Positions 33,936-46,596 of a stretch of 64,000 nt of DNA are shown here, piece by piece. A model generated the notes under the pieces. It was not told the DNA's origin. It saw nothing but the letters and a program-made list of their open reading frames with translations, and ran no database searches. Location: NCBI RefSeq assembly GCF_003334785.1, contig NZ_QOWV01000002.1; one strand, 5' to 3'. Position 1 is the first letter of the stretch. Each line of letters opens with the position of its first letter. The stretch is from Escherichia coli. GTDB lineage: Bacteria > Pseudomonadota > Gammaproteobacteria > Enterobacterales > Enterobacteriaceae. Made by a program: the position numbers and the translations under genes.

Positions 33936-35127
33936 CTACCTGCTGCTGCCGCTGATCTACCTGCTGGTTAACGTCAAAATCGCCCAGCTTGGTGAAAGTT
34001 TCCCCATCACTATCGTCACTTTTTTACCTGTCTTGTTACTGCTGTTTTTAGAACGCATCAGCGTTAAAAAATTGATGATTGCCTTAGGGATTGGTGCGGG
34101 ACTCACGGCGTTTAACTACCTGTTTGGTCAGTCGTTGGATGCCAGTAAATACGTCACTTCAACCATGCTGTTTGTCTATATTGTGATCATTATTGGCATG
34201 GTGTGGAGTATTCGCTTTAAAACGATTTCGCCACACAACCATCGCAAGATATTACGTTTCTTTTATCTGGTGGTCGGGCTGGTGGTGGCGCTGGCGGCGG
34301 TGGAGATGGCGCAAATTATCCTCACCGGCGGCAGCAGTATTATGGAGTCGATATCGAAATATCTGATTTACAGCAACAGCTATGTACTGAATTTCATTAA
34401 ATTCGGCGGCAAGCGCACGACAGCACTTTATTTCGAACCGGCATTTTTCGCTCTGGCATTAATCTCAATTTGGCTCAGCATCAAACAGTTTGGTATCAAA
34501 ACGCCTAAAACCGATGCTATGATTCTCGCAGGGATAATATTATCCGGATCGTTTTCAGGGGTTATGACCTTTATCCTGTTTTATTTGCTGGAGTGGGCAT
34601 TTCAATATCTGAATAAAGAGGCGATTAAGAAAAAGTTACCGTTAGCATTGATTTCTCTGGCTGTATTCCTGGTTGGTGTGGTAATCGCGTTTCCTTATAT
34701 TTCCACCCGTCTGGGCGATTTAGGTACGGAAGGATCGTCATCGTATTATCGTATTGTCGGTCCGCTGGTGATGGTCGGTTATTCTTTGACCCATATTGAC
34801 GGTGTAGTCAGATTTGGCTCACTTTATGAATATGTCGCATCATTCGGAATATTTAACGGTGCGGATGTCGGAAAAACCATAGACAATGGTTTGTATCTGC
34901 TGATTATTTATTTTTCCTGGTTCGCGGTGTTTTTATCGCTGTGGTACATGGGGAAAGTGATAAAAATGATGATCAACGCTTTTGGTGATAACCGCAATTT
35001 TCGCGTGCAATTATATCTTTTTACTCCGGTTTCGCTGTTTTTTACCGGTTCGATATTTAGCCCGGAATATGCATTTTTAATCGTCTGTCCGTTTATTTTG
35101 CGAAAAGCGTTAAATATTACGAGGTAA
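33910..35127 (+). CDS. wcaD: Colanic acid polymerase WcaD
   Basis: ORF track start 33838 trimmed to the ATG at 33910 ([15 protein letters not shown]); 405 aa, multi-TM. Confidence 0.85.
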   Translation: MSTSIRICSYLLLPLIYLLVNVKIAQLGESFPITIVTFLPVLLLLFLERISVKKLMIALGIGAGLTAFNYLFGQSLDASKYVTSTMLFVYIVIIIGMVWSIRFKTISPHNHRKILRFFYLVVGLVVALAAVEMAQIILTGGSSIMESISKYLIYSNSYVLNFIKFGGKRTTALYFEPAFFALALISIWLSIKQFGIKTPKTDAMILAGIILSGSFSGVMTFILFYLLEWAFQYLNKEAIKKKLPLALISLAVFLVGVVIAFPYISTRLGDLGTEGSSSYYRIVGPLVMVGYSLTHIDGVVRFGSLYEYVASFGIFNGADVGKTIDNGLYLLIIYFSWFAVFLSLWYMGKVIKMMINAFGDNRNFRVQLYLFTPVSLFFTGSIFSPEYAFLIVCPFILRKALNITR

Positions 35128-35137
35128 GAATAAGAAC

Positions 35138-35884
35138 ATGTTGCTTAGCATAATCACTGTCGCGTTTCGTAACCTCGAAGGGATAGTCAAAACACATGCC
35201 TCGCTGGCGCATCTGGCGCAGGCGGACGATATCAGCTTCGAATGGATTGTTGTCGATGGCGGTTCCAACGACGGTACCCGTGAGTATCTGGAGAATCTCA
35301 ATAGTATCTATAACCTACGCTTTGTCAGCGAGCCAGATAACGGTATCTACGACGCCATGAACAAGGGCATTGCGATGGCACAAGGCAAGTTCGCGTTGTT
35401 TCTCAACTCGGGCGATATTTTTCATCAGGATGCCGCAAATTTTGTTCGTAAGTTAAAAATGCAAAAAGATAACGTGATGATCACCGGCGATGCGCTGCTG
35501 GATTTTGGCGACGGGCATAAAATTAAGCGTAGTGCTAAACCGGGTTGGTATATTTATCACAGCCTGCCCGCCAGCCATCAGGCGATATTTTTCCCGGTAT
35601 CCTGTTTGAAAAAATGGCGTTATGACCTGGAATATAAAGTTTCTTCTGATTACGCGCTGGCAGCTAAAATGTATAAAGCAGGTTATGCATTTAAAAAACT
35701 CAATGGCCTGGTGTCTGAATTTTCCATGGGTGGGGTATCAACCACCAATAATATGGAATTGTGTGCTGACGCCAAAAAAGTCCAACGGCAGATATTACAT
35801 GTGCCTGGCTTCTGGGCAGAATTATCCTGGCATTTACGCCAGCGTACTACCTCAAAGACGAAAGCCTTATATAACAAAAGCTGA
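35138..35884 (+). CDS. wcaE: Colanic acid glycosyltransferase (GT2)
   Basis: 248 aa. Confidence 0.9.
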   Translation: MLLSIITVAFRNLEGIVKTHASLAHLAQADDISFEWIVVDGGSNDGTREYLENLNSIYNLRFVSEPDNGIYDAMNKGIAMAQGKFALFLNSGDIFHQDAANFVRKLKMQKDNVMITGDALLDFGDGHKIKRSAKPGWYIYHSLPASHQAIFFPVSCLKKWRYDLEYKVSSDYALAAKMYKAGYAFKKLNGLVSEFSMGGVSTTNNMELCADAKKVQRQILHVPGFWAELSWHLRQRTTSKTKALYNKS

Positions 35885-36024
35885 ATATACTCGTCATACT
35901 TCAAGTTGCATGTGCTGCGGATGCGTTCGTTCACCCCAGTCACTTACTTATGTAAGCTCCTGGGGATTCACTCTCTTGCCGCCTTCCTGCAACTCGAATT
36001 ATTTAGAGTACATAAGGAAGACCA

Positions 36025-36573
36025 ATGCAAGATTTAAGCGGTTTCTCGGTGCCGAAAGGGTTCCGGGGCGGCAACGCTATTAAAGTGCAATTATGGTGGG
36101 CAGTACAGGCAACAATATTTGCCTGGTCGCCACAAGTATTGTATCGCTGGCGGGCATTTTTATTACGTTTATTCGGCGCAAAAATAGGAAAAAACGTAGT
36201 TATTCGTCCGTCAGTAAAAATTACCTATCCGTGGAAATTAACCTTAGGTGATTACGCGTGGGTCGGCGATGACGTCAATTTATATACCCTCGGTGAAATA
36301 ACCATTGGCGCACATTCGGTGATATCGCAAAAAAGTTATTTATGCACCGGTAGCCACGACCATGCAAGTCAACATTTCACCATTAACGCCACGCCTATTG
36401 TGATTGGCGAGAAATGCTGGCTGGCAACCGATGTCTTTGTTGCCCCAGGCGTCACAATCGGCGACGGCACCGTCGTGGGTGCACGAAGCAGTGTTTTTAA
36501 ATCGCTTCCGGCAAATGTGGTTTGCCGGGGGAATCCCGCAGTGGTGATACGCGAACGCGTTGAAACTGAATAA
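36025..36573 (+). CDS. wcaF: Colanic acid acetyltransferase (hexapeptide repeat)
   Basis: 182 aa. Confidence 0.9.
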   Translation: MQDLSGFSVPKGFRGGNAIKVQLWWAVQATIFAWSPQVLYRWRAFLLRLFGAKIGKNVVIRPSVKITYPWKLTLGDYAWVGDDVNLYTLGEITIGAHSVISQKSYLCTGSHDHASQHFTINATPIVIGEKCWLATDVFVAPGVTIGDGTVVGARSSVFKSLPANVVCRGNPAVVIRERVETE

Positions 36574-36598
36574 ATTCAAAAATACAGAGGAATAAGAC

Positions 36599-37720
36599 AT
36601 GTCAAAAGTTGCTCTCATCACCGGTGTAACCGGACAAGACGGTTCTTACCTGGCAGAGTTTCTGCTGGAAAAAGGTTACGAGGTGCATGGTATTAAGCGT
36701 CGCGCATCGTCATTCAACACCGAGCGCGTGGATCACATTTATCAGGATCCGCACACCTGCAACCCGAAATTCCATCTGCATTATGGCGACCTGAGTGATA
36801 CCTCTAACCTGACGCGCATTTTGCGTGAAGTACAGCCGGATGAAGTGTACAACCTGGGCGCAATGAGCCACGTTGCGGTCTCTTTTGAGTCACCAGAATA
36901 TACCGCTGACGTCGACGCGATGGGTACGCTGCGCCTGCTGGAGGCGATCCGCTTCCTCGGTCTGGAAAAGAAAACTCGTTTCTATCAGGCTTCCACCTCT
37001 GAACTGTATGGTCTGGTGCAGGAAATTCCGCAGAAAGAAACCACGCCGTTCTACCCGCGATCTCCGTATGCGGTCGCCAAACTGTACGCCTACTGGATCA
37101 CCGTTAACTACCGCGAATCCTACGGCATGTACGCTTGTAACGGTATTCTCTTCAACCATGAATCCCCGCGCCGCGGCGAAACCTTCGTTACCCGCAAAAT
37201 CACCCGCGCAATCGCCAACATCGCCCAGGGGCTGGAGTCGTGCCTGTACCTCGGCAATATGGATTCCCTGCGTGACTGGGGCCACGCCAAAGACTACGTA
37301 AAAATGCAGTGGATGATGCTGCAACAGGAACAGCCGGAAGATTTCGTTATCGCGACCGGCGTTCAGTACTCCGTACGTCAGTTCGTGGAAATGGCAGCGG
37401 CACAGCTGGGCATCAAACTGCGCTTTGAAGGCACGGGTGTTGAAGAGAAGGGCATTGTGGTTTCCGTCACCGGGCATGACGCGCCGGGCGTTAAACCGGG
37501 TGATGTGATTATCGCCGTTGATCCGCGTTACTTCCGTCCGGCAGAAGTTGAAACGCTGCTCGGCGACCCGACCAAAGCGCACGAAAAACTGGGCTGGAAA
37601 CCGGAAATCACCCTCAGAGAGATGGTGTCTGAAATGGTGGCTAATGACCTCGAAGCGGCGAAAAAACACTCTCTGCTGAAATCTCACGGCTACGACGTGG
37701 CGATCGCGCTGGAGTCATAA
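36599..37720 (+). CDS. gmd: GDP-mannose 4,6-dehydratase
   Basis: 373 aa; [23 protein letters not shown] Rossmann N-terminus. Confidence 0.95.
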
Positions 37721-37722
37721 GC

Positions 37723-38688
37723 ATGAGTAGACAACGCATTTTTATCGCTGGCCATCGCGGAATGGTCGGTTCCGCCATCACGCGGCAGCTCGAACAGCGC
37801 GGTGATGTGGAACTGGTATTACGCATCCGCGACGAGCTGAACCTGCTGGACAGCCGCGCGGTGCATGATTTCTTTGCCAGCGAACGTATTGACCAGGTCT
37901 ATCTGGCGGCGGCGAAAGTGGGCGGCATTGTTGCCAACAACACGTATCCGGCGGATTTCATCTACCAGAACATGATGATTGAGAGCAACATCATTCACGC
38001 CGCGCATCAGAACGACGTGAACAAACTGCTGTTTCTCGGATCGTCCTGTATCTACCCGAAACTGGCAAAACAGCCGATGGCAGAAAGCGAGTTGTTGCAG
38101 GGTACGCTGGAGCCGACCAACGAGCCTTATGCCATTGCCAAAATCGCCGGGATCAAACTGTGCGAATCATACAACCGCCAGTATGGACGCGATTACCGCT
38201 CTGTCATGCCGACCAACCTGTACGGGCCGCATGACAACTTCCACCCGAGTAATTCGCATGTGATCCCTGCATTGCTGCGTCGCTTCCACGAGGCGACGGC
38301 ACAGAATGCACCGGACGTGGTGGTATGGGGCAGCGGTACACCGATGCGTGAATTCCTGCACGTCGATGATATGGCGGCGGCGAGCATTCATGTCATGGAG
38401 CTGGCGCACGAAGTCTGGCTGGAGAACACCCAGCCGATGCTGTCGCACATTAACGTCGGTACGGGCGTTGACTGCACTATCCGCGAGCTGGCGCAAACCA
38501 TCGCCAAAGTGGTGGGTTACAAAGGTCGGGTGGTTTTTGATGCCAGCAAACCGGATGGTACGCCGCGCAAACTGCTTGATGTGACGCGCCTGCATCAGCT
38601 TGGCTGGTATCACGAAATCTCACTGGAAGCGGGGCTTGCCAGCACTTACCAGTGGTTCCTTGAGAATCAAGACCGCTTTCGGGGGTAA
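37723..38688 (+). CDS. fcl: GDP-L-fucose synthase
   Basis: 321 aa; [19 protein letters not shown]. Confidence 0.95.
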   Translation: MSRQRIFIAGHRGMVGSAITRQLEQRGDVELVLRIRDELNLLDSRAVHDFFASERIDQVYLAAAKVGGIVANNTYPADFIYQNMMIESNIIHAAHQNDVNKLLFLGSSCIYPKLAKQPMAESELLQGTLEPTNEPYAIAKIAGIKLCESYNRQYGRDYRSVMPTNLYGPHDNFHPSNSHVIPALLRRFHEATAQNAPDVVVWGSGTPMREFLHVDDMAAASIHVMELAHEVWLENTQPMLSHINVGTGVDCTIRELAQTIAKVVGYKGRVVFDASKPDGTPRKLLDVTRLHQLGWYHEISLEAGLASTYQWFLENQDRFRG

Positions 38689-38690
38689 TG

Positions 38691-39170
38691 ATGTTTTTAC
38701 GTCAGGAAGACTTTGCCACGGTAGTGCGCTCCACCCCGCTTGTCTCTCTCGACTTTATTGTCGAGAACAGTCGCGGCGAGTTTCTGCTTGGCAAAAGAAC
38801 CAACCGCCCGGCGCAGGGTTACTGGTTTGTGCCGGGAGGGCGCGTGCAGAAAGACGAAACGCTGGAAGCCGCATTTGAGCGGCTGACGATGGCGGAACTG
38901 GGGCTGCGTCTGCCGATAACAGCAGGCCAGTTTTACGGTGTCTGGCAGCACTTTTATGACGATAACTTCTCCGGCACGGATTTCACCACTCACTATGTGG
39001 TGCTCGGTTTTCGCTTCAGAGTAGCGGAAGAAGAACTGTTACTGCCGGATGAGCAGCATGACGATTACCGCTGGCTGACGCCGGACGCACTGCTCGCCAG
39101 TGACAATGTTCACGCTAACAGCCGCGCCTATTTTCTCGCTGAGAAGCGTGCCGGAGTACCCGGATTATGA
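38691..39170 (+). CDS. gmm: GDP-mannose mannosyl hydrolase (Nudix)
   Basis: 159 aa from the second ATG (MFLRQ); an alternative ATG lies at 38688. Confidence 0.85.
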   Translation: MFLRQEDFATVVRSTPLVSLDFIVENSRGEFLLGKRTNRPAQGYWFVPGGRVQKDETLEAAFERLTMAELGLRLPITAGQFYGVWQHFYDDNFSGTDFTTHYVVLGFRFRVAEEELLLPDEQHDDYRWLTPDALLASDNVHANSRAYFLAEKRAGVPGL

Positions 39171-40390
39171 AAATACTGGTCTACGGCATTAACTACTCGC
39201 CGGAGTTAACCGGCATCGGCAAATACACTGGCGAGATGGTGGAATGGCTGGTAGCACAAGGTCATGAGGTGCGGGTCATTACCGCACCGCCTTACTACCC
39301 GCAGTGGCAGGTGGGCGAGAACTATTCCGCCTGGCGCTACAAACGAGAAGAGGGGGCCGCCACGGTGTGGCGCTGCCCGCTGTACGTGCCAAAACAGCCG
39401 AGCACCCTGAAACGCCTGTTACATCTCGGCAGTTTTGCCGTCAGCAGTTTCTTTCCTCTGATGGCGCAACGTCGCTGGAAGCCGGATCGCATTATCGGCG
39501 TGGTGCCAACGCTGTTTTGCACGCCGGGAATGCGCCTGCTGGCGAAACTCTCTGGTGCGCGTACCGTGCTGCATATTCAGGATTACGAAGTGGACGCCAT
39601 GCTGGGGCTGGGCCTTGCCGGAAAAGGCAAAGGCGGCAAAGTTGCACAGCTGGCAACGGCGTTCGAACGTAGCGGACTGCATAACGTCGATAACGTCTCC
39701 ACGATTTCGCGCTCAATGATGAATAAAGCCATCGAAAAAGGCGTGGCGGCGGAAAACGTCATCTTCTTCCCCAACTGGTCGGAAATTGCCCGTTTTCAGC
39801 ATATTGCAGATGCCGATGTTGATGCCCTTCGTAACCAGCTTGGCCTGCCGGATAACAAAAAAATCATTCTTTACTCCGGCAATATTGGTGAAAAGCAGGG
39901 GCTGGAAAACGTTATTGAAGCTGCCGATCTCCTGCGCGATGAACCGCTGATTTTTGCCATTGTCGGGCAGGGCGGCGGCAAAGCGCGGCTGGAAAAAATG
40001 GCGCAACAGCGTGGTCTGCGCAACATGCAATTTTTTCCGCTGCAATCGTATGACGCTTTACCCGCACTGCTGAAGATGGGCGATTGCCATCTGGTGGTGC
40101 AAAAACGCGGCGCGGCAGATGCCGTATTGCCGTCGAAACTGACCAATATTCTGGCGGTAGGCGGTAACGCGGTGATTACTGCAGAAGCCCACACAGAACT
40201 GGGACAGCTTTGCGAAACCTTTCCGGGCATTGCGGTTTGCGTTGAACCGGAATCGGTCGAGGCGCTGGTGGCGGGGATTCGTCAGGCGCTCCTGCTGCCC
40301 AAACACAACACGGTGGCACGTGAATATGCCGAACGCACGCTCGATAAAGAGAACGTGTTACGTCAATTTATAAATGATATTCGGGGATAA
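39167..40390 (+). CDS. wcaI: Colanic acid glycosyltransferase (GT4)
   Basis: 407 aa. Confidence 0.9.
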   Translation: MKILVYGINYSPELTGIGKYTGEMVEWLVAQGHEVRVITAPPYYPQWQVGENYSAWRYKREEGAATVWRCPLYVPKQPSTLKRLLHLGSFAVSSFFPLMAQRRWKPDRIIGVVPTLFCTPGMRLLAKLSGARTVLHIQDYEVDAMLGLGLAGKGKGGKVAQLATAFERSGLHNVDNVSTISRSMMNKAIEKGVAAENVIFFPNWSEIARFQHIADADVDALRNQLGLPDNKKIILYSGNIGEKQGLENVIEAADLLRDEPLIFAIVGQGGGKARLEKMAQQRGLRNMQFFPLQSYDALPALLKMGDCHLVVQKRGAADAVLPSKLTNILAVGGNAVITAEAHTELGQLCETFPGIAVCVEPESVEALVAGIRQALLLPKHNTVAREYAERTLDKENVLRQFINDIRG

Positions 40391-40392
40391 TT

Positions 40393-41829
40393 ATGGCGCA
40401 GTCGAAACTCTATCCAGTTGTGATGGCAGGTGGCTCCGGTAGCCGCTTATGGCCGCTTTCCCGCGTACTTTACCCCAAGCAGTTTTTATGCCTGAAAGGC
40501 GATCTCACCATGCTGCAAACCACCATCTGCCGCCTGAAAGGCGTAGAGTGCGAAAGCCCGGTGGTGATTTGCAATGAGCAGCACCGCTTTATTGTCGCGG
40601 AACAGCTGCGCCAACTGAACAAACTCACCGAGAACATTATTCTCGAACCGGCAGGGCGTAACACTGCACCAGCCATTGCGCTGGCGGCGCTGGCGGCAAC
40701 ACGTCATAGTCCGGAGAGCGACCCGTTAATGCTGGTGCTGGCGGCGGATCATGTGATTGCCGATGAAGACGCGTTCCGTGCCGCCGTGCGTAATGCCATG
40801 CCGTATGCCGAAGCGGGCAAGCTGGTGACCTTTGGCATTGTGCCGGATCTACCAGAAACCGGTTATGGCTATATTCTTCGCGGTGAAGTATCTGCGGGCG
40901 AGCAGGATACGGTGGCCTTTGAAGTGGCGCAGTTTGTCGAAAAACCGAATCTGGAAACCGCCCAGGCCTATGTGGCAAGCGGCGAATATTACTGGAACAG
41001 CGGCATGTTCCTGTTCCGTGCCGGACGCTATCTCGAAGAACTGAAAAAATATCGTCCGGATATTCTCGATGCCTGCGAAAAAGCGATGAGCGCCGTCGAT
41101 CCGGATCTCGATTTTATTCGCGTGGATGAAGAAGCGTTTCTCGCCTGCCCGGAAGAGTCGGTGGATTACGCGGTCATGGAACGTACGGCAGATGCCGTTG
41201 TGGTGCCGATGGATGCGGGCTGGAGCGATGTCGGTTCCTGGTCCTCTTTATGGGAGATCAGCGCCCACACCGCGGAAGGCAACGTTTGCCACGGCGATGT
41301 GATTAATCACAAAACTGAAAACAGCTATGTGTACGCCGAATCTGGCCTGGTCACCACCGTCGGGGTGAAAGATCTGGTGGTGGTGCAGACCAAAGATGCG
41401 GTGCTGATTGCCGACCGTAACGCGGTGCAGGATGTGAAAAAAGTGGTCGAGCAGATCAAAGCCGATGGTCGCCATGAGCATCGGGTGCATCGCGAAGTCT
41501 ATCGCCCGTGGGGCAAATATGACTCTATCGACGCGGGCGACCGCTACCAGGTGAAACGCATCACCGTGAAACCGGGCGAAGGCTTGTCGGTACAGATGCA
41601 CCATCACCGCGCGGAACACTGGGTGGTGGTCGCGGGAACGGCAAAAGTCACTATCGACGGTGATATCAAACTGCTTGGTGAAAACGAGTCCATTTATATT
41701 CCGCTGGGGGCGACGCATTGCCTGGAAAACCCGGGGAAAATTCCGCTCGATTTAATTGAAGTGCGCTCCGGCTCTTATCTCGAAGAGGATGATGTGGTGC
41801 GCTTCGCGGATCGCTACGGACGGGTGTAA
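40393..41829 (+). CDS. cpsB: Mannose-1-phosphate guanylyltransferase (colanic acid copy)
   Basis: 478 aa; [13 protein letters not shown] motif; C-terminal cupin. Confidence 0.95.
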   Translation: MAQSKLYPVVMAGGSGSRLWPLSRVLYPKQFLCLKGDLTMLQTTICRLKGVECESPVVICNEQHRFIVAEQLRQLNKLTENIILEPAGRNTAPAIALAALAATRHSPESDPLMLVLAADHVIADEDAFRAAVRNAMPYAEAGKLVTFGIVPDLPETGYGYILRGEVSAGEQDTVAFEVAQFVEKPNLETAQAYVASGEYYWNSGMFLFRAGRYLEELKKYRPDILDACEKAMSAVDPDLDFIRVDEEAFLACPEESVDYAVMERTADAVVVPMDAGWSDVGSWSSLWEISAHTAEGNVCHGDVINHKTENSYVYAESGLVTTVGVKDLVVVQTKDAVLIADRNAVQDVKKVVEQIKADGRHEHRVHREVYRPWGKYDSIDAGDRYQVKRITVKPGEGLSVQMHHHRAEHWVVVAGTAKVTIDGDIKLLGENESIYIPLGATHCLENPGKIPLDLIEVRSGSYLEEDDVVRFADRYGRV

Positions 41830-41830
41830 A

Positions 41831-41935
<105 letters not shown>

Positions 41936-42021
41936 AATGCGAAACCGAGATGTAAATAACGACAAAAACAAAATTGGCCGTTTCGGTCAGGGCCAACTAT
42001 TGCCTGAAAAAGGGTAACGAC

Positions 42022-43392
42022 ATGAAAAAATTAACCTGCTTTAAAGCCTATGATATTCGCGGGAAATTAGGCGAAGAACTGAATGAAGATATCGCCTGGC
42101 GCATTGGTCGCGCCTATGGCGAATTTCTCAAACCGAAAACCATTGTGTTAGGCGGTGATGTCCGTCTCACCAGCGAAACCTTAAAACTGGCGCTGGCAAA
42201 AGGTTTACAGGATGCGGGCGTTGACGTGTTGGATATTGGTATGTCCGGCACCGAAGAGATCTATTTCGCCACGTTCCATCTCGGCGTGGATGGCGGCATT
42301 GAAGTTACCGCCAGCCATAATCCGATGGATTATAACGGCATGAAACTGGTGCGCGAAGGGGCTCGCCCAATCAGCGGTGATACCGGACTGCGCGACGTCC
42401 AGCGTCTGGCAGAAGCCAACGACTTTCCTCCCGTCGATGAAACCAAACGCGGTCGCTATCAGCAAATCAACCTGCGTGACGCTTACGTTGATCACCTGTT
42501 CGGTTATATCAATGTCAAAAACCTCACGCCGCTCAAGCTGGTGATCAACTCCGGGAACGGCGCAGCGGGTCCGGTGGTGGACGCTATCGAAGCCCGCTTT
42601 AAAGCCCTCGGCGCACCTGTGGAATTGATCAAAGTGCACAACACGCCGGACGGCAATTTCCCCAACGGTATTCCTAACCCGCTGCTGCCGGAATGTCGCG
42701 ACGACACCCGCAATGCGGTCATCAAACACGGCGCGGATATGGGCATTGCCTTTGATGGCGATTTTGACCGCTGTTTTCTGTTTGACGAAAAAGGGCAGTT
42801 TATCGAGGGCTACTACATTGTCGGCCTGCTGGCAGAAGCGTTCCTCGAAAAAAATCCCGGCGCGAAGATCATCCACGATCCACGTCTCTCCTGGAACACC
42901 GTTGATGTGGTGACTGCCGCAGGTGGCACGCCGGTAATGTCGAAAACCGGACACGCCTTTATTAAAGAACGTATGCGCAAGGAGGACGCCATCTACGGTG
43001 GCGAAATGAGCGCCCACCATTACTTCCGTGATTTCGCTTACTGCGACAGCGGCATGATCCCGTGGCTGCTGGTCGCCGAACTGGTGTGCCTGAAAGGAAA
43101 AACGCTGGGCGAACTGGTGCGCGACCGGATGGCTGCGTTTCCGGCAAGCGGTGAGATCAACAGCAAACTGGCGCAACCCGTTGAGGCGATTAATCGCGTC
43201 GAACAGCATTTTAGCCGTGAGGCGCTGGCGGTGGATCGTACCGATGGCATCAGCATGACCTTTGCCGACTGGCGCTTTAACCTGCGCACCTCCAACACCG
43301 AACCGGTGGTGCGCCTGAATGTGGAATCGCGCGGTGATGTGCCGCTGATGGAAGCGCGAACGCGAACTCTGCTGACGTTGCTGAACGAGTAA
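42022..43392 (+). CDS. cpsG: Phosphomannomutase (colanic acid copy)
   Basis: ORF track start 41974 trimmed to the ATG at 42022 ([15 protein letters not shown]); 456 aa; TASHNP active site. Confidence 0.9.
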   Translation: MKKLTCFKAYDIRGKLGEELNEDIAWRIGRAYGEFLKPKTIVLGGDVRLTSETLKLALAKGLQDAGVDVLDIGMSGTEEIYFATFHLGVDGGIEVTASHNPMDYNGMKLVREGARPISGDTGLRDVQRLAEANDFPPVDETKRGRYQQINLRDAYVDHLFGYINVKNLTPLKLVINSGNGAAGPVVDAIEARFKALGAPVELIKVHNTPDGNFPNGIPNPLLPECRDDTRNAVIKHGADMGIAFDGDFDRCFLFDEKGQFIEGYYIVGLLAEAFLEKNPGAKIIHDPRLSWNTVDVVTAAGGTPVMSKTGHAFIKERMRKEDAIYGGEMSAHHYFRDFAYCDSGMIPWLLVAELVCLKGKTLGELVRDRMAAFPASGEINSKLAQPVEAINRVEQHFSREALAVDRTDGISMTFADWRFNLRTSNTEPVVRLNVESRGDVPLMEARTRTLLTLLNE

Positions 43393-43446
43393 TGTCGGAT
43401 CTTCCCTTACCCCATTGCGGGTAAGGGGCTATTAACAGGAACAACG

Positions 43447-44841
43447 ATGACAAATCTAAAAAAGCGCGAGCGAGCGAAAACCAATGCATCGTTAATCTCT
43501 ATGGTGCAACGCTTTTCAGATATCACCATCATGTTTGCCGGACTATGGCTGGTTTGCGAAGTGAGCGGCCTGTCATTCCTCTACATGCACCTGTTGGTGG
43601 CACTGATTACGCTGGTGGTGTTCCAGATGTTGGGCGGCATCACCGATTTTTATCGCTCATGGCGCGGTGTTCGGGCAGCGACAGAATTTGCTCTGTTGCT
43701 ACAAAACTGGACGTTAAGCGTGATTTTCAGCGCCGGACTGGTGGCGTTCAACAATGATTTCGACACGCAACTGAAAATCTGGCTGGCGTGGTATGGGCTG
43801 ACCAGCATCGGACTGGTGGTTTGCCGTTCATGTATTCGCATTGGGGCGGGCTGGCTGCGTAATCATGGCTATAACAAGCGCATGGTCGCGGTGGCGGGGG
43901 ATTTAGCCGCCGGGCAAATGCTGATGGAGAGCTTCCGTAACCAGCCGTGGTTAGGGTTTGAAGTGGTGGGCGTTTACCACGACCCGAAACCGGGCGGCGT
44001 TTCTAACGACTGGGCGGGTAACCTGCAACAGCTGGTCGAGGATGCTAAAGCAGGCAAGATTCATAATGTCTATATCGCGATGCAAATGTGCGACGGCGCG
44101 CGAGTGAAAAAACTGGTCCATCAATTGGCGGACACCACCTGTTCGGTGCTGCTGATCCCCGACGTCTTTACCTTCAATATTCTTCATTCCCGTATCGAAG
44201 AGATGAACGGCGTTCCGGTGGTGCCGCTGTATGACACGCCGCTTTCCGGGGTTAACCGCCTGATAAAACGTGCGGAAGACATTGTGCTGGCGACGCTTAT
44301 TCTGCTGCTGATCTCCCCGGTGCTGTGCTGTATTGCGCTGGCGGTGAAACTCAGTTCACCAGGGCCGGTTATTTTCCGCCAGACTCGCTATGGCATGGAT
44401 GGCAAGCCGATCAAAGTGTGGAAGTTTCGTTCCATGAAAGTGATGGAGAACGACAAAGTGGTGACCCAGGCGACGCAGAACGATCCGCGCGTCACCAAAG
44501 TGGGGAACTTTCTGCGCCGCACCTCGCTGGATGAATTGCCGCAGTTTATCAATGTGCTGACCGGCGGGATGTCGATTGTGGGGCCACGTCCGCACGCAGT
44601 AGCGCATAACGAACAGTATCGACAGCTCATTGAAGGCTACATGCTGCGCCATAAGGTGAAACCGGGCATTACCGGCTGGGCGCAGATTAACGGCTGGCGC
44701 GGCGAAACCGACACGCTGGAGAAAATGGAAAAACGCGTCGAGTTCGACCTTGAGTACATCCGCGAATGGAGCGTCTGGTTCGATATCAAAATCGTTTTCC
44801 TGACGGTATTCAAAGGCTTCGTTAACAAAGCGGCATATTGA
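43447..44841 (+). CDS. wcaJ: UDP-glucose:undecaprenyl-phosphate glucose-1-phosphate transferase
   Basis: 464 aa; polyprenyl-phosphate sugar transferase C-terminus. Confidence 0.9.
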   Translation: MTNLKKRERAKTNASLISMVQRFSDITIMFAGLWLVCEVSGLSFLYMHLLVALITLVVFQMLGGITDFYRSWRGVRAATEFALLLQNWTLSVIFSAGLVAFNNDFDTQLKIWLAWYGLTSIGLVVCRSCIRIGAGWLRNHGYNKRMVAVAGDLAAGQMLMESFRNQPWLGFEVVGVYHDPKPGGVSNDWAGNLQQLVEDAKAGKIHNVYIAMQMCDGARVKKLVHQLADTTCSVLLIPDVFTFNILHSRIEEMNGVPVVPLYDTPLSGVNRLIKRAEDIVLATLILLLISPVLCCIALAVKLSSPGPVIFRQTRYGMDGKPIKVWKFRSMKVMENDKVVTQATQNDPRVTKVGNFLRRTSLDELPQFINVLTGGMSIVGPRPHAVAHNEQYRQLIEGYMLRHKVKPGITGWAQINGWRGETDTLEKMEKRVEFDLEYIREWSVWFDIKIVFLTVFKGFVNKAAY

Positions 44842-44842
44842 T

Positions 44843-46321
44843 ATGAGCTTACGTGAAAAAACCATCAGCGGCGCGAAGTGGTCGGCGATTGCCACGGTGA
44901 TCATCATCGGTCTCGGGCTGGTGCAGATGACCGTGCTGGCGCGGATCATCGACAACCACCAGTTCGGTTTGCTGACTGTGTCGCTGGTGATTATCGCGCT
45001 GGCAGATACGCTTTCTGACTTCGGTATCGCTAACTCGATTATTCAGCGAAAAGAAATCAGCCACCTTGAACTCACCACGTTGTACTGGCTGAACGTCGGG
45101 CTGGGGCTTGTGGTGTGCGTGGCGGTGTTTTTGTTGAGTGATCTCATCGGCGACGTGCTGAACAACCCGGACCTGGCACCGTTGATTAAAACATTGTCGC
45201 TGGCGTTTGTGGTGATCCCCCACGGGCAACAGTTCCGCGCGTTGATGCAAAAAGAGCTGGAGTTCAACAAAATCGGCATGATCGAAACCAGCGCGGTGCT
45301 GGCGGGCTTCACTTTTACGGTGGTTAGCGCCCATTTCTGGCCGCTGGCGATGACCGCGATCCTCGGTTATCTGGTCAATAGTGCGGTAAGAACGCTGCTG
45401 TTTGGCTACTTTGGTCGAAAAATTTATCGCCCCGGTCTGCATTTCTCGCTGGCGTCGGTGGCACCAAACTTACGCTTTGGTGCCTGGCTGACGGCGGACA
45501 GCATCATCAACTATCTCAATACCAACCTTTCAACGCTGGTGCTGGCGCGTATTCTCGGCGCGGGCGTGGCAGGGGGATACAACCTGGCGTACAACGTGGC
45601 CGTTGTGCCGCCGATGAAGCTGAACCCGATCATCACCCGCGTGTTGTTTCCGGCGTTTGCCAAAATTCAGGACGACACCGAAAAGCTGCGCGTCAACTTC
45701 TACAAGCTGCTGTCGGTGGTGGGGATTATCAACTTTCCGGCGCTGCTCGGGCTGATGGTGGTGTCGAATAATTTTGTACCGCTGGTCTTTGGTGAGAAGT
45801 GGAACAGCATTATTCCGGTGCTGCAATTGCTGTGTGTGGTGGGTCTGCTGCGCTCCGTAGGTAACCCGATTGGCTCGCTGCTGATGGCGAAAGCGCGGGT
45901 CGATATCAGCTTTAAATTCAACGTATTCAAAACATTTCTGTTTATTCCGGCGATTGTTATTGGTGGGCAGATGGCGGGCGCAATCGGTGTCACGCTTGGC
46001 TTCCTGCTGGTGCAGATTATCAACACCATTCTGAGTTACTTCGTGATGATTAAACCGGTTCTTGGTTCCAGTTATCGCCAGTACATCCTGAGTTTGTGGC
46101 TGCCGTTTTATCTCTCGCTGCCGACGCTGGTGGTCAGTTATGCGCTGGGCATTGTGCTGAAAGGGCAACTGGCACTGGGGATGCTGCTGGCGGTGCAAAT
46201 AGCCGCGGGCGTGCTGGCGTTTGTGGTGATGATTGTGCTGTCGCGCCATCCGCTGGTGGTGGAAGTGAAGCGTCAGTTTTGTCGCAGCGAAAAAATGAAA
46301 ATGCTTTTACGGGCGGGGTGA
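44843..46321 (+). CDS. wzxC: Colanic acid flippase
   Basis: 492 aa, multi-TM. Confidence 0.9.
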   Translation: MSLREKTISGAKWSAIATVIIIGLGLVQMTVLARIIDNHQFGLLTVSLVIIALADTLSDFGIANSIIQRKEISHLELTTLYWLNVGLGLVVCVAVFLLSDLIGDVLNNPDLAPLIKTLSLAFVVIPHGQQFRALMQKELEFNKIGMIETSAVLAGFTFTVVSAHFWPLAMTAILGYLVNSAVRTLLFGYFGRKIYRPGLHFSLASVAPNLRFGAWLTADSIINYLNTNLSTLVLARILGAGVAGGYNLAYNVAVVPPMKLNPIITRVLFPAFAKIQDDTEKLRVNFYKLLSVVGIINFPALLGLMVVSNNFVPLVFGEKWNSIIPVLQLLCVVGLLRSVGNPIGSLLMAKARVDISFKFNVFKTFLFIPAIVIGGQMAGAIGVTLGFLLVQIINTILSYFVMIKPVLGSSYRQYILSLWLPFYLSLPTLVVSYALGIVLKGQLALGMLLAVQIAAGVLAFVVMIVLSRHPLVVEVKRQFCRSEKMKMLLRAG

Positions 46322-46334
46322 GTTGCTGTTTTCG

Positions 46335-46550
46335 GTTCCGACAACGGTTGCCGGATGCGGCGTAAAACGCCTTATCCGTCCTACGGTTCTGTGCTCGGGA
46401 CCTGTAGGCCTGATAAGACGCGTCAGCGTCGCATCAGGCACTGAATGCCGGATGCGGCGTGAACGCCTTATCCGGCCTACGGTTCTGTGCTCGGGTCTTG
46501 TAGGCCTGATAAGACGCGTCAGCGTCGCATCAGGCAAAAAGCGGCAACGA
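46335..46550. repeat. Tandem REP/BIME cluster (two ~100-bp near-identical units)
   Basis: Unit gccggatgcggcgt..cgccttatccg..cctacggttctgtgctcggg..cttgtaggcctgataagacgcgtcagcgtcgcatcaggca appears twice. Confidence 0.85.
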
Positions 46551-46596
46551 ACAAAACAAACGCAGCCTCACCTGGCATCAAATTTATGAGGAAAAA

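Noticed and set aside
42205-43209. 334-aa antisense ORF inside cpsG (and its twin at 61494-62498 inside manB)
   Set aside because: Opposite strand of a well-supported phosphomannomutase gene with no RBS or plausible domain; a long open antisense frame is expected in GC-rich, codon-biased genes
46307-46589. ORFs of 76 and 88 aa on both strands between wzxC and wcaK
   Set aside because: They lie entirely within tandem REP/BIME palindromes; the repetitive R/P/T-rich translations are artefacts of the repeats
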